A stretch of DNA of 64,000 nt from an uncultured delta proteobacterium. GTDB lineage: Bacteria; Desulfobacterota; Desulfobacteria; Desulfobacterales; QNYZ01. Of the stretch, positions 51,852 through 62,446 are shown piece by piece. The position numbers and the translations under genes were made by a program. The notes beneath the pieces were generated by a model that was given only the letters and a program-made list of their open reading frames with translations, had not been told where the DNA came from and ran no database searches. Where the stretch lies: the NCBI GenBank assembly GCA_963845145.1, contig CAWJQU010000008.1, positions 288,001 through 352,000 of the forward strand. The letters run 5' to 3'. The first letter of the stretch is position 1; each line of letters begins with the position of its first letter.

Positions 51852-52679
51852 ATGAGAACAGATGACCGTATGCTGAACACGAACAGGACAATTACCCACA
51901 TTCGCAATTGGCTTAAAGCCTACTGCGAACAGGCAGGCATGGCCGGATTTGTCGTGGGTATTTCCGGTGGAATCGATTCAGCGGTAACCTCCACCCTTTG
52001 TGCCCAGACCGGTTTCGAGGTGTTGGCGCTCAATTTGCCGATATACCAGGCTAAAAAACAGATCGATTTGTCCAACCAACATATCGCCTGGCTTCAAGCA
52101 ACCTACGGGCAGGTCAAAAACCTGACCGTAGAATTGTCAAACGCTTTCAAAGCCTTGGAACAGACCCTACCGGAAAAGATCCAGGATGATCTCACCATGG
52201 CCAATACGCGATCGCGCCTTCGTATGCTCACGTTGTTTGCGTTTGCCAATCACCATCGCCTGCTTGTCGCCGGGACGGGCAACAAGGTGGAAGACTTCGG
52301 CGTCGGCTTTTTCACCAAGTATGGAGACGGTGGCGTTGATCTGGCACCCATCGCCGATCTGATGAAATCCGAGGTCTACGCCCTGGCCGAAACGTTAGGG
52401 ATCTCAAAAGCGATCATTCAGGCACCGCCCACGGATGGCCTCTGGGATGACGATCGTACGGATGAAGCCCAGATCGGTGCCACCTATGTGGAGCTTGAGT
52501 GGGCTATGGCCTATGATATAAATACTTCGGATGCGTCGGTTCTTTCCGATCGACAAGAAGAGGTTCTCGCCATTTATCGACGTTTCAACCGCGCCAACCG
52601 TCACAAGGTGACGCCCATACCGATTTGTAAAATTCCGGATTCATATCGGCTGACCGTCGAAATTCCTTCGAAGGTTTAA
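51852..52679 (+). CDS. nadE: NH3-dependent NAD+ synthetase
   Basis: GISGGIDS, N.RSRLRM, FFTKYGDG, PTDGL. Confidence 0.94.
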   Translation: MRTDDRMLNTNRTITHIRNWLKAYCEQAGMAGFVVGISGGIDSAVTSTLCAQTGFEVLALNLPIYQAKKQIDLSNQHIAWLQATYGQVKNLTVELSNAFKALEQTLPEKIQDDLTMANTRSRLRMLTLFAFANHHRLLVAGTGNKVEDFGVGFFTKYGDGGVDLAPIADLMKSEVYALAETLGISKAIIQAPPTDGLWDDDRTDEAQIGATYVELEWAMAYDINTSDASVLSDRQEEVLAIYRRFNRANRHKVTPIPICKIPDSYRLTVEIPSKV

Positions 52680-52702
52680 CCGAGGTTGAAAAGTTTTCAG
52701 AT

Positions 52703-53890
52703 TCAAGCATCACGCTTGGTCAACCGGGCTTTGTGGATGCTGCCTTTACCAAATTTGGCGGTAATGGTATCGACGGTGTGGTCGACTTGTTCCCAGGCAC
52801 AAGCTTCATCTGCGGACTCACCGAATAACCCCATCTGCACCGGCGCAGATTTTGAGGATAAAGACGAAACCCCTACCCCTATCAAGCGTACCGGCCTCGT
52901 CAAGCGGTATCGTTTCAATAATCGAACGGCCTGGCGATAAATGATTTCAGATGATTGGATGCTTCGTTCCACGGTTCGGCTTCGGGTAACCAGCTTAAAA
53001 TCGTGATGCTTGATTTTAAGTGTCACAGTCCTTGCCCTCATATTGTTTTTCCGTAATTGGCGCCCAACATCCTCCGCCTGGCGCATCAGGTGGGTTTTTA
53101 GCTCTTCGGTGTCCTGTGTATCTTCTGCCAGGGTCTCTTCCGTACTGATGGACTTAACGCGTATGTGGGATTTCACCGGTGTCTCGTCAACCCCCTCGGA
53201 AAGTTGGATCAACCGGTATCCGAATTTCCCGAGCCGTTTTATCAGCGTGGCTTCACCGTATTTGGCGATATCACTCAAAGTACCAACACCCATTTTTTTT
53301 AAAACGCCATGGGCCTGCTTGCCGACGCCAGGGACTTTTTGAATCGGTAATTTCTTTATAAACCCTGCTACCTCCTCAGGTTTAATGACAACCAGCCCGT
53401 CGGGTTTGCCCATATCCGAAGCGATTTTTGCCAAAAACTTATTTGGGGCAATACCAATGGAGCTGGTCAAACCAACCTCTTTTTTAATGCGGCCCTTTAA
53501 ATTTTGGGCCATTTCCCGGGGCTGCCCATGAAGTCGTTCGCAGCCGGTGATATCGGCAAAGGCCTCATCGATGGAGACCTGCTCAACTAGGGGTGACACG
53601 GATTTAATAATGGCCATAATCTGGCGGGAGAGTTCGCCATACCTTTTGCGTCGGGGCTTTACCACCACTAGATCCACACATCGCTGTCGGGCCTGAAACA
53701 TCGGCATGGCCGAATAGATACCATGCCGACGCGCTTCATAGCTGGCTGCGGCCACAACGCCCCGTTTGGAATGCCCGCCAACGACCAGGCATTCGCCTGC
53801 AAGCTCCGGGTTGTCCAGCACTTCCACGGCCGCAAAAAAAGCATCCATATCCAGATGCATGATGGCGCGGGGCTTTGTCTTTTTTTTCAT
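52703..53890 (-). CDS. dinB: DNA polymerase IV
   Basis: HLDMDAFFA, SYEAR, SIDEA, KPDG. Confidence 0.95.
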   Translation of the reverse strand: MKKKTKPRAIMHLDMDAFFAAVEVLDNPELAGECLVVGGHSKRGVVAAASYEARRHGIYSAMPMFQARQRCVDLVVVKPRRKRYGELSRQIMAIIKSVSPLVEQVSIDEAFADITGCERLHGQPREMAQNLKGRIKKEVGLTSSIGIAPNKFLAKIASDMGKPDGLVVIKPEEVAGFIKKLPIQKVPGVGKQAHGVLKKMGVGTLSDIAKYGEATLIKRLGKFGYRLIQLSEGVDETPVKSHIRVKSISTEETLAEDTQDTEELKTHLMRQAEDVGRQLRKNNMRARTVTLKIKHHDFKLVTRSRTVERSIQSSEIIYRQAVRLLKRYRLTRPVRLIGVGVSSLSSKSAPVQMGLFGESADEACAWEQVDHTVDTITAKFGKGSIHKARLTKRDA

Positions 53891-54083
53891 TTAGTCGTAA
53901 GATAATGATGTTATCGGTAAGTATCCTTGCTCAATTTGCCAGACATGGGCCGACATTTCAATGGCCATTCAAAATTCACTCGTTTCATCCATTTGACCCA
54001 TGTTCATCCGTTTGATAGTAATAGCCACTTAGATACCGAAAAATCGTAAGTGTCAGGCCTCATTTCCGACAAGGAGCTAATAT

Positions 54084-55844
54084 ATGACATCAGATCATAC
54101 AAATAGAAAACATTTCATCAATGAAGGCATCGAAAACGTTCGCAAACAAGGCAGCCGGATTATCGCCGAAGGTCACCATATGCTACCTGCCGCATCTTTG
54201 CTTAAAGCAGCCGGGGTGATTCGCCATTTAGATGACCTGTCCAAACCATTTGTTACAGTTGTGAATTCATATACAACGCAAATCCCCGGACACGCCCATC
54301 TCAATATCCTGGGCGAGGCAGTGGCCGACACGTTAAGACAACTTGGTTTCAATGTGTGGTATGCCAATATCGGCGCAGCGATTTGCGACGGCATCGCCAT
54401 GGGGCATTTTGGCATGAAATACTCCCTGCCCTCCCGCGAGTTGATTACCGACCAGATCGAATCCCTCATCACCGCCCATCCGTGTGATGGATGGATCGGT
54501 ATCGGCAACTGCGATAAAATCGTGCCGGCCATGTACAATGCCATGGTTCGCATGAATTTACCGGCAGTTTATGTCTCCGGCGGCCCGATGCTGGCGGGAA
54601 GCAAGGGCGGCGACCTGATCACTGTTTTCGAGGGAGTGGGACAGCATGCCGGTGGAAAAATCAGTACAACACAACTGGAAGACCTGGCTGAAAATAGTTG
54701 CCCGGGGTGCGGATGTTGCGCGGGTATGTTTACCGCTAACTCCATGAATTGCTTAGGCGAAGTCGTCGGCCTGGCGCTACCGGGGAATGGTACCATTACC
54801 GCCCAGGTGTGGGAGGACGAACAAAAAACGACCCTTAAACTCAATCCCGAGCGCCTCGACCTGTGCCGACGGGCGGCAAAAACGCTAGAGACATGCATTG
54901 AGAATGATATTCGTCCCCTGGACATCATTACGCCGGCAGCCATTGATAACGCCTTTGCCCTCGATATGGCCATGGGCGGCAGCACCAATACAATTCTGCA
55001 TACCCTGGCTTTAGCCGCCGAAGCAGGAATCGACTACGACTTGAAACGGATTAACACCATCTCTGAAAAAATACCCTGTATATGCAAAGTATCGCCTTCC
55101 CGCCCGACGGTTCATATCGAAGATGTCCATCGTGCAGGCGGGATTGCGTCTATTTTCAAAGAGATTTCGAAACAGGCGACAGGCATACTCACACCTGCAT
55201 CAAAAACCGTTTACGGAACCCTTGAAAACATGCTCCATACAGCGCCCCCACCGGATGGTGAGGTGATTCGCACCTCGGACAAGGCGTTTTCAACCGATGG
55301 CGGGCTGGCGATTCTTTTTGGTAATATAGCACCCTGCGGGGCGGTGGTGAAAGTCGCCGGAGTGGCCGAAGAGATGATGACCTTCGAAGGTCCTGCTGTG
55401 ATTTATGAATCCCAGGAAGACGCACTGGAAGGAATTCTGGCTGGAAAAGTCAAAGATGGCGATATCGTGGTCATTCGCTATGAAGGCCCCAGAGGCGGAC
55501 CGGGCATGCAAGAGATGCTATCGCCCACCGCCGCTATCCAAGGAGCCGGGATTCGCGCCGCCCTGATTACGGATGGTCGTTTCAGCGGCGGTACCAGGGG
55601 CCTTTGTGTCGGGCATTTATCGCCCGAAGCCGCTGCCGCGGGCCCCATTGCAATTATTGAACCGGGAGATAGAATCCGCATCGACGCCAAGCAACGGTCG
55701 ATCGATGTCCTTATTCATGCAGATGAAATTAAAAAACGGCTCGCCAGCCTGAAACCATTTAAATCAAAAGTTCATAGGGGATGGTTGGCGCGCTATGCCC
55801 AGCATGTTAATTCCGCCGACAAAGGGGCGACCATGGACATGTAG
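54084..55844 (+). CDS. ilvD: Dihydroxy-acid dehydratase
   Basis: CDGIAMGH, CDK, GMFTANSM, GGSTN, GPGMQEML, TDGRFSGG. Confidence 0.93.
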   Translation: MTSDHTNRKHFINEGIENVRKQGSRIIAEGHHMLPAASLLKAAGVIRHLDDLSKPFVTVVNSYTTQIPGHAHLNILGEAVADTLRQLGFNVWYANIGAAICDGIAMGHFGMKYSLPSRELITDQIESLITAHPCDGWIGIGNCDKIVPAMYNAMVRMNLPAVYVSGGPMLAGSKGGDLITVFEGVGQHAGGKISTTQLEDLAENSCPGCGCCAGMFTANSMNCLGEVVGLALPGNGTITAQVWEDEQKTTLKLNPERLDLCRRAAKTLETCIENDIRPLDIITPAAIDNAFALDMAMGGSTNTILHTLALAAEAGIDYDLKRINTISEKIPCICKVSPSRPTVHIEDVHRAGGIASIFKEISKQATGILTPASKTVYGTLENMLHTAPPPDGEVIRTSDKAFSTDGGLAILFGNIAPCGAVVKVAGVAEEMMTFEGPAVIYESQEDALEGILAGKVKDGDIVVIRYEGPRGGPGMQEMLSPTAAIQGAGIRAALITDGRFSGGTRGLCVGHLSPEAAAAGPIAIIEPGDRIRIDAKQRSIDVLIHADEIKKRLASLKPFKSKVHRGWLARYAQHVNSADKGATMDM

Positions 55845-55905
55845 CTCCGGCAATCGCACACCAACAGATTTGCAACTGAAAAACGGGTACACGTATATGA
55901 AAGGT

Positions 55906-56808
55906 TTAAAAACCCATTTCCATTCTATATTGGTTCCAGAGTCTGTCTCCGCCTTCTTTTAGGTTGACGGTTCCGGCATTCATAATGACATTCTGTCCCT
56001 CTTCGCTCAGAGCAAACTCAATAAACTTTTTTGCCAAACCTGTCGGTTCCGTTTTGGTAAAAAGATATAGCGGACGATAAAAGGCCGGATATTTGCCAGC
56101 CATGATATTTTCCTTTGAGGGGTAAATGCCTTCCAGTTTCAGCATTTTTACTTTCCGCCGCTTGGCACTGGATACACCGCTAAGGCCAATGGCCCAGCGC
56201 CCTGTCTCTTTTTCGATAGCCGATTCCAGGGGGCCCGAAGATTTATAGCGTTTTTTTGCGGCAAACTCCTGATCTTTATCGAAAAAAATAAGCATCCGGG
56301 CCATATGGCCAACCCCGGATAGTTTACCCTCACGGGCATAGAATTTTATGGGTTGGCCGATCGGTCCCCCCAAATCACCCCAATCGGTGATTTCTCCTAG
56401 TACCACCGCTTTGAGTTGGTCAAAAGTAATGGAATCAACAGGATTATTCTTGTGCACCAGCGCGACAATGGCATCCCAACCGACATGGTGCCTCTTGACC
56501 CCCTTTTCTTCTTTAAAATCAAGTTCGGGACGACAGCTTCCGCCCACATCGGTAATGCCGGCCGCCGCATTTCTAATCCCCAACATGGCTCCGCCGCCCT
56601 GGATATCCACCGCGATGCCGGTTTTTTTAGTAAAAGCCTCCGCCATCTCATCCATGAAAGCCTTTTTTACAATCCCACATCCTGAATATTTTAATGTCTC
56701 GGCGGACAGAGAAGAAAATTCGGATGAAGCCAATACAGCGGCACAAGCCAGCAGAAACCAGAGGATAACAGAAGTACAGCTCGTTTGACATGGTTTGTTT
56801 ACAAACAT
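55906..56808 (-). CDS. PstS-like periplasmic binding protein (PBP2)
   Basis: Signal peptide; QGGGA..GI, DVGGSCR, NPV, YRPLY; ATG 56808 with AGGAG RBS. Confidence 0.8.
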   Translation of the reverse strand: MFVNKPCQTSCTSVILWFLLACAAVLASSEFSSLSAETLKYSGCGIVKKAFMDEMAEAFTKKTGIAVDIQGGGAMLGIRNAAAGITDVGGSCRPELDFKEEKGVKRHHVGWDAIVALVHKNNPVDSITFDQLKAVVLGEITDWGDLGGPIGQPIKFYAREGKLSGVGHMARMLIFFDKDQEFAAKKRYKSSGPLESAIEKETGRWAIGLSGVSSAKRRKVKMLKLEGIYPSKENIMAGKYPAFYRPLYLFTKTEPTGLAKKFIEFALSEEGQNVIMNAGTVNLKEGGDRLWNQYRMEMGF

Positions 56809-56836
56809 GTTTTTATCTCCTGCATCAAAAGCGCGG

Positions 56837-58024
56837 TTACATTCGCTTTCGCAATCTCTCAATGGACAAACGAATGCTGTTTTGCATTCGGCCAATTGCC
56901 TCACCCAGTGTGCCTATCTCATCTTTTGTATCAATTTTAATTTCAGCATCCATTTCACCGACACTGATTCGCTCCGCCAGGTCGGTCAGGTTCTTAATTC
57001 TGTTGGTGATCCGATGTGCATAAAAGAAAACGATAACAGCCATTAATAAAAGAATAGTGCCGAGTGCCGCCAACGTAAAGTTCCGAGTCGCTCGAGTAAT
57101 CTTATCGGCCTTTCTTTCGACTTTCCGAATGGGTTGCGTAAATTCATCCATGTAAACAGTGGCGGTAACACCATAATCCGTCCCTTCGATGGGGGTGAGC
57201 ATCATAAATTTTTCCCTTAAGGCGCCATCCGGATCCGGCCAAAGGTAGTAACCGAAACTTTCAACCATGTTTCCTTTATCGACCTCCTCGGCTATCTTGT
57301 AAAACCGGTTATAATCATCGCCCAGGGGTGTTTTAACGATCGGCAGGAGTGGCTTTCCCACGATTCTACGATTTGGATGGGCCCAGGTCGTAAACGGGGC
57401 TCCGGAGTAGATCGCTGCATAACCGGTCAAACCAACACGTTGCGTGGCAATTTTTGAAAAAACGGGATCGTCCATAAACTTTTCCCGAGTCATTTCGGGA
57501 TGCTCCGCCAAATATTGTTTACACTGGACTGCCACCATCCGGGAAATATCTTTAATTTTGTTCTCGCCCAATTTTTTAACGACCGCGGCGGATTCACTAG
57601 TCAGCGTATTCGCAAACCTGTCCATCTGAACCAAGTAATAAAGCCCGGCAATAGCGAACAGAAAAACCGGTACGAATAGAAACAAAAACATCATTTTTGT
57701 TCTAAGACTCATACCCGTTTGCGAGGAAGTATCGGCGGCTGAAGCTATACTATTCTCACCCATTTCCGGATCCGCTGTTTTCGGAGCAGAAAAATCATCT
57801 ACACTACCGACCTGACCCATATCATTTATATCATCAGTCCCCTCGGAAAGCAGAACCGATTGAAAATCCGACGCCACCTCTTCTGATCGGTTCTCCGGAG
57901 CGACATCTGCTTTGGAGATCGTGATAACATGCGAGCATTCGCGACATTGAAACCTGGCCTTATCTGCTTTTAATGTGCCCTTGGTCTGGTATTTTTTTCC
58001 ACATTCTTCGCAAATGAGAATCAT
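56837..58024 (-). CDS. Membrane protein: Zn-ribbon, acidic linker, TM, Cache-like, TM, HAMP
   Basis: CEECGKKY..CRECSH; two TM helices; VGLTGYAAI..WAHP; L...AERISVGE..DEIG.L..AI.RM at the very C-terminus. Confidence 0.82.
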   Translation of the reverse strand: MILICEECGKKYQTKGTLKADKARFQCRECSHVITISKADVAPENRSEEVASDFQSVLLSEGTDDINDMGQVGSVDDFSAPKTADPEMGENSIASAADTSSQTGMSLRTKMMFLFLFVPVFLFAIAGLYYLVQMDRFANTLTSESAAVVKKLGENKIKDISRMVAVQCKQYLAEHPEMTREKFMDDPVFSKIATQRVGLTGYAAIYSGAPFTTWAHPNRRIVGKPLLPIVKTPLGDDYNRFYKIAEEVDKGNMVESFGYYLWPDPDGALREKFMMLTPIEGTDYGVTATVYMDEFTQPIRKVERKADKITRATRNFTLAALGTILLLMAVIVFFYAHRITNRIKNLTDLAERISVGEMDAEIKIDTKDEIGTLGEAIGRMQNSIRLSIERLRKRM

Positions 58025-58066
58025 GATTTTGCTCCTTGGATGTCAATGACATTCTAATTTTTTTGA

Positions 58067-58907
58067 TTAATTTCCCAGCACCATTTTACGTACATTCTTT
58101 AACGCACCCGCATCCGGTTCTACAAACTTCTTTAACTTTGCAGCCTTCAAAACGCTACCATCTTCAGGCAGGTTGAGCAGGGTATTTTGAATACGAGATG
58201 CCACCTTGGCGGGAACGCTCTCGTGAATGGCAAAAACCCAGTTAGGAAGCCAACTTGTTTCTGCCTAGTACCTTTATTTTATCCGGTTCAATCGCCTTAT
58301 CCACACGATGTAACGCCGATTCCCGGATAAATCCCACTTCTGATTTCTTTGAATAGACATTTAAAATTACATTTTCCTGCTTATTATTTTCTGCTTCATG
58401 AGTAACCATGTCCGTTTCAACATTAATCCCGTTTTTAGAAAGGAAATCTTTTTGCGAAATATATCCACCGGCCGATTGTAAAGAGACAACCGAGACGCTT
58501 TTTCCCTTTAAATCCGAAAGTTGCTTAATATTGCCGTCTGACCGCACGATGATGATACCTCTAAACCGCGTACCGTGCTCACCTTTGCTGGCAACGGCCA
58601 GCGGTTTAACCTGACCTGATACTTTGGCAAAAACCACCGGATTTTGATAGCTTAAAAGTGCTTTTCCCTTTTTAACCATATCAATATGATTTTCAAAATT
58701 CTGAGGCATGACGAATTCCACCTCAAGGCCCGTTTCTTCGGAGATATACTCAGCCAAAGGCCCAAATCGCTCGAGAATCACGATCGGAAAAAACCGGGGC
58801 AATACGGCAAACGTATATGTCGTTTCAGCCGTACAAGTCGATTCTACAAGAAAAGTCGATAAAATCAACGCTATGCCGATAACGGCATGAGTCCATTTTT
58901 TCCTCAT
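58067..58907 (-). CDS. PhnD-like substrate-binding protein, one frameshift
   Basis: FAVLP, F.PLAEYI, FRGIIIVRSD, DLKGK, SAGGY; removing one G near 58265 gives VLAETSWLPNWVFA..GN*. Confidence 0.8.
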
Positions 58908-59010
58908 CGGTATGCTCCAAAAAAGAGGATTATCAGAACTATAAGAGTTCCGGTTCCAGGCACAGTATCGATCCGTTTATCAAAAACCAGAGGAGTATAT
59001 GGCCTATTGG

Positions 59011-60486
59011 TCAAGCCACATCTTCTGACTCGATTTCTACAAAATAATACCCTTTGTCTTTACCTTCCCCGATTCGAGTGACATTTTTAACCAAAGACTT
59101 GGTTCGCAGCATCGCCCATCCGGCATAAAAAATCATGTCATTGAGCATGTCCCCGGCTTTCACTTTGTTAATCCGTTTATATTCTTCAGATGAGACTAAA
59201 ATTCCAAACCCACTATCAGTGGAATCTTTTAATCGAACCAACAACGATTCTTGTTTATCGCCTGCTTCTTTTAAGACCACTTCAGCGGAAATCAATTGCG
59301 GCCTGATGGGCACTTTTTTCTCCCTGCTCCATCCGCTTTTCCGCTCAAGCATGTCAACAATATCCATAACGACATTCTCGTCTTCATTTACAGCTCGACT
59401 ATCCGACGCCGTCTTCTCTACATCTGCGCCTACTTTAAAAAAATGTTCGGTAAGTAACTCGATATCCTCCTGTAAGGCTATACAAAAATCGATATCGTCG
59501 TGGGCGAGCATCCGCTTTACCTGTTCAGTTTTATACGTGTCATCCGGATTATCCACGACGACTTTATATGTGCTAGGCCCCATTTCCAAGGGGACCCATC
59601 CCTGGCATAGCAATACATCTTTTTGTAATTTTGAAACAAGCCGGTGAGGGGGATTAAGTTCAGGGTCAAATTCAATTGACGGGTATTTATGATAGTCGGA
59701 TAGGGCCTTTAGCAATCTATCTTTGTCGATATGATTGCTTTTGACAAGGGAATAAAATAAGCTGCATTCTTTAACAAATGAGATATTTAAGGCTTCAATT
59801 AACTGCTCCTTTGTTAATTTTGTACGGCGAAGCAGGTAACCGGTCACGGGCTCAGACATGAATTGGTCGATAATCATGTCATACATCTTCTCTACTTTTT
59901 CATTCTCGGGATCCAATCCTTTGGCTTTTTCCAGCAAGCCGATGGCAGCGGAATACTGGCCTTGCTTACCAATTTCGGCACCAAAAAAAGCGGATATTTC
60001 AGCCAGTTCATTGGGTTGCAAATTAAACTTATCAATTACTTTTGACAATTCGCGACCCATATACCCGTAAGGACAAAAAGTTTTTAAAAATTCAATAATC
60101 GGTGGTATGATTGAATCGAAAGAATACCCAATGCTAAATAACATCGCATATTCATCCGCAGCTTCTTCATACAATCCTTTCTCAAGAAATACGGAGGCGC
60201 GATCAAGAATAGGCGCAATATCTTTGTTCTCGGTTGCCTGATTTTTAATGTCGCCCAAGGCTTCACGAGTCAATTCTTTATTGCCATCATCCTCCAATGA
60301 ATCGTCGGCAACTATTTTTCGCAACCGCACAATGTGATCGTTAATTTCATCGGTCAGTTTTGAATCGGTAGTGTCTTGTTCAGATAGAACTTTCTCATAG
60401 GCGGCTAAAGCCTCGGCATATAACCCCATCTCCTCGTAAACTTTAGCTTCGGAAAGTTCAGCTTGAATATCGCTGTTTGCGGCCAT
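59011..60486 (-). CDS. TPR plus MshEN/GspE-N-like plus PilZ-like protein
   Basis: EA.VYEEMGLY.EA repeats; L...QL.EAL..L..ALS, WVPL..VVDNP; C-terminal LKDSTDSGFGILV. Confidence 0.62.
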   Translation of the reverse strand: MAANSDIQAELSEAKVYEEMGLYAEALAAYEKVLSEQDTTDSKLTDEINDHIVRLRKIVADDSLEDDGNKELTREALGDIKNQATENKDIAPILDRASVFLEKGLYEEAADEYAMLFSIGYSFDSIIPPIIEFLKTFCPYGYMGRELSKVIDKFNLQPNELAEISAFFGAEIGKQGQYSAAIGLLEKAKGLDPENEKVEKMYDMIIDQFMSEPVTGYLLRRTKLTKEQLIEALNISFVKECSLFYSLVKSNHIDKDRLLKALSDYHKYPSIEFDPELNPPHRLVSKLQKDVLLCQGWVPLEMGPSTYKVVVDNPDDTYKTEQVKRMLAHDDIDFCIALQEDIELLTEHFFKVGADVEKTASDSRAVNEDENVVMDIVDMLERKSGWSREKKVPIRPQLISAEVVLKEAGDKQESLLVRLKDSTDSGFGILVSSEEYKRINKVKAGDMLNDMIFYAGWAMLRTKSLVKNVTRIGEGKDKGYYFVEIESEDVA

Positions 60487-60493
60487 TATTTAA

Positions 60494-60904
60494 TCATCCA
60501 TTAATTACTTTAGATAAAACCTGGCTCAACTCTTTCAATTGAATCGGCTTTGTCAAATAGGCCCTGATCTGTTTCATAAGCTTCGGTTCAATCCCGTCGT
60601 AACCGCTCGGATCATAACCAGACAATAATACAACCTTTGCCTTTGGGTCTATACTAAGAATATGTCGCGCTGCATCGACACCATTCATACGCGGCATGTT
60701 GCGATCCATAAGGACGGCATCCGGTCGATCGCGCCGATATGTGTCGACGGCCGCCTGGCCATCTTCGGCAGTAAGCATTCGATAGCCAATCATCGACAGA
60801 AGATCAACGATGGCAGGAAGTAATGCTTTATCATCATCCACAGCAAGTATGGTTTCGCCATGTCCGAGCATGATTCGCTCCGTAGATGAATTGGTAGAAT
60901 ACAT
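60494..60904 (-). CDS. Single-domain response regulator
   Basis: ILAVDDD, VLMDRNMP, LSG, LTKP. Confidence 0.92.
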   Translation of the reverse strand: MYSTNSSTERIMLGHGETILAVDDDKALLPAIVDLLSMIGYRMLTAEDGQAAVDTYRRDRPDAVLMDRNMPRMNGVDAARHILSIDPKAKVVLLSGYDPSGYDGIEPKLMKQIRAYLTKPIQLKELSQVLSKVING

Positions 60905-60921
60905 AGTTTTCCCCCACGTCT

Positions 60922-61278
60922 TTATTTGAATAGACGACTAATCCCTCGTTTGGTTTGTTTTTTAAGGCCCATTTTTGGGGCAATGATATCGCATTGCAAC
61001 CGGATCATGGCGGCAGATGCGTCCGGTGCCATGACCACCCAAAAATACCCAACTGGACATCTGCGAATATAAATACGATAGCGTTCAAAAAGAAGGTCTA
61101 CTTCCCTGGCCCCATCCAGAAGTAAAAACGGTATTTCCAAGTCCGTCTCATTGATATTGTTCCGACCCAGGTTGGTCAAATCCTGAAATAAGATATTTCT
61201 TTCAGGGGAAACGACCAAAATACCTAGAACGCCATTAATCCCAAAAAGATCATCGAATGATGTATTAGTTAAATTCAA
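60922..61278 (-). CDS. Roadblock/LC7-like small protein
   Basis: L..INGVLGILVVS..G-like start, beta-rich centre, MIRLQCDI helix; 118 aa. Confidence 0.5.
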   Translation of the reverse strand: MNLTNTSFDDLFGINGVLGILVVSPERNILFQDLTNLGRNNINETDLEIPFLLLDGAREVDLLFERYRIYIRRCPVGYFWVVMAPDASAAMIRLQCDIIAPKMGLKKQTKRGISRLFK

Positions 61279-61318
61279 TCTGGTTTAAAACCTTCTGCTT
61301 TAATGTTTCAATTAAAAA

Positions 61319-62446
61319 TTAGGCAATTCGGCTAACCACTCGAAATATACGGTCTCTCGGACATGTGTGGTTGACTTTTAATATGGCTGAAGGAGATCCG
61401 GGCAGGAATAAATTCGAACGGTCATCCTTCTTTCGTATATATCCACATTTAAAGCCGTCCGCGTTAAAAAGATCGCCGGTTTTTATTGACAAGGACACCG
61501 TATTTTCCCATCCTGGATCACTTTCTATACGCTGCCAGCCAAACCCCTTCCCAATTTCGTTCACGATTCGCTTTAAAATAAGGTCTGCATTTTGATTATC
61601 CGAACCAAGTGTCGCCGCCTTTGTTGGGGGAGTGAGGGTCTTGGATAACGCAGCAGGTGCCTGATCCTGTGCAACTATTGTATCTGCTATCGGCTCTTCC
61701 GGTGTATCCATAAAATCTACAGGGCTATCTTCGGCCCCTTCGTCCTTTTGGCGCATGGCCTCAAGCAGCATCGCCTGCAACCCGGTATTAATATTAGATT
61801 CAATTAAATCCGGGCAGCTATTTTGAATACGAAGGTGGGCTTGTTCTAGTAACAATATCTGCACAAGTGCTTTTTCACCAGTATCATCAGAATACCGGGC
61901 ATCAAGAAGTGTTCCCCGCTTGAAAAAGACAACGCCTTGGGTATGATTGTCTTCGCTAAACACGCGAATAGTGCAGGTCATCTCTTCCATTTCGGCCAAT
62001 TGCATAAAGACTCCGACGGAAATGCCTTTGATTATACCGCCATCAGATTCCTTTTGTAGAAGCGTTAGAATTTTCTTACCGATCTCATCAACGCTGAAAG
62101 GCTTGTTGACGAATGCGACGGCTCCGCTTTTCCGGGATAGCCACTCCAGCTCATCCTGGCCATAAGCGGATATAATGATTACCGGTATGTCAGGAAATTG
62201 GTTGGTCATATTTGACAGTAAGGCTAAACCGTTCATCTTAGGCATTTTGACATCGGAAACGACTACGGATATTGGCTTTACTTTGAGAACAGCTAAAGCC
62301 TGTTCACCATCGTTAGCCAATACCGTCGTAAATAGTTGACTGTATTTATCCAGCCCGGCTTTCAGTGACTCAAGCAACTCATTGTTATTATCGACGATCA
62401 GAACCTGCTTGACACCGCTTTGTATAAACTCTTCTTTAGGTACCAT
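61319..62446 (-). CDS. Response regulator with DUF4388 domain
   Basis: SDVKMP, KPF; GIIKGISVGVFMQLAEMEEMTCTI..GVVFFKRGTLLDA..LLEAMRQKDE. Confidence 0.82.
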   Translation of the reverse strand: MVPKEEFIQSGVKQVLIVDNNNELLESLKAGLDKYSQLFTTVLANDGEQALAVLKVKPISVVVSDVKMPKMNGLALLSNMTNQFPDIPVIIISAYGQDELEWLSRKSGAVAFVNKPFSVDEIGKKILTLLQKESDGGIIKGISVGVFMQLAEMEEMTCTIRVFSEDNHTQGVVFFKRGTLLDARYSDDTGEKALVQILLLEQAHLRIQNSCPDLIESNINTGLQAMLLEAMRQKDEGAEDSPVDFMDTPEEPIADTIVAQDQAPAALSKTLTPPTKAATLGSDNQNADLILKRIVNEIGKGFGWQRIESDPGWENTVSLSIKTGDLFNADGFKCGYIRKKDDRSNLFLPGSPSAILKVNHTCPRDRIFRVVSRIA

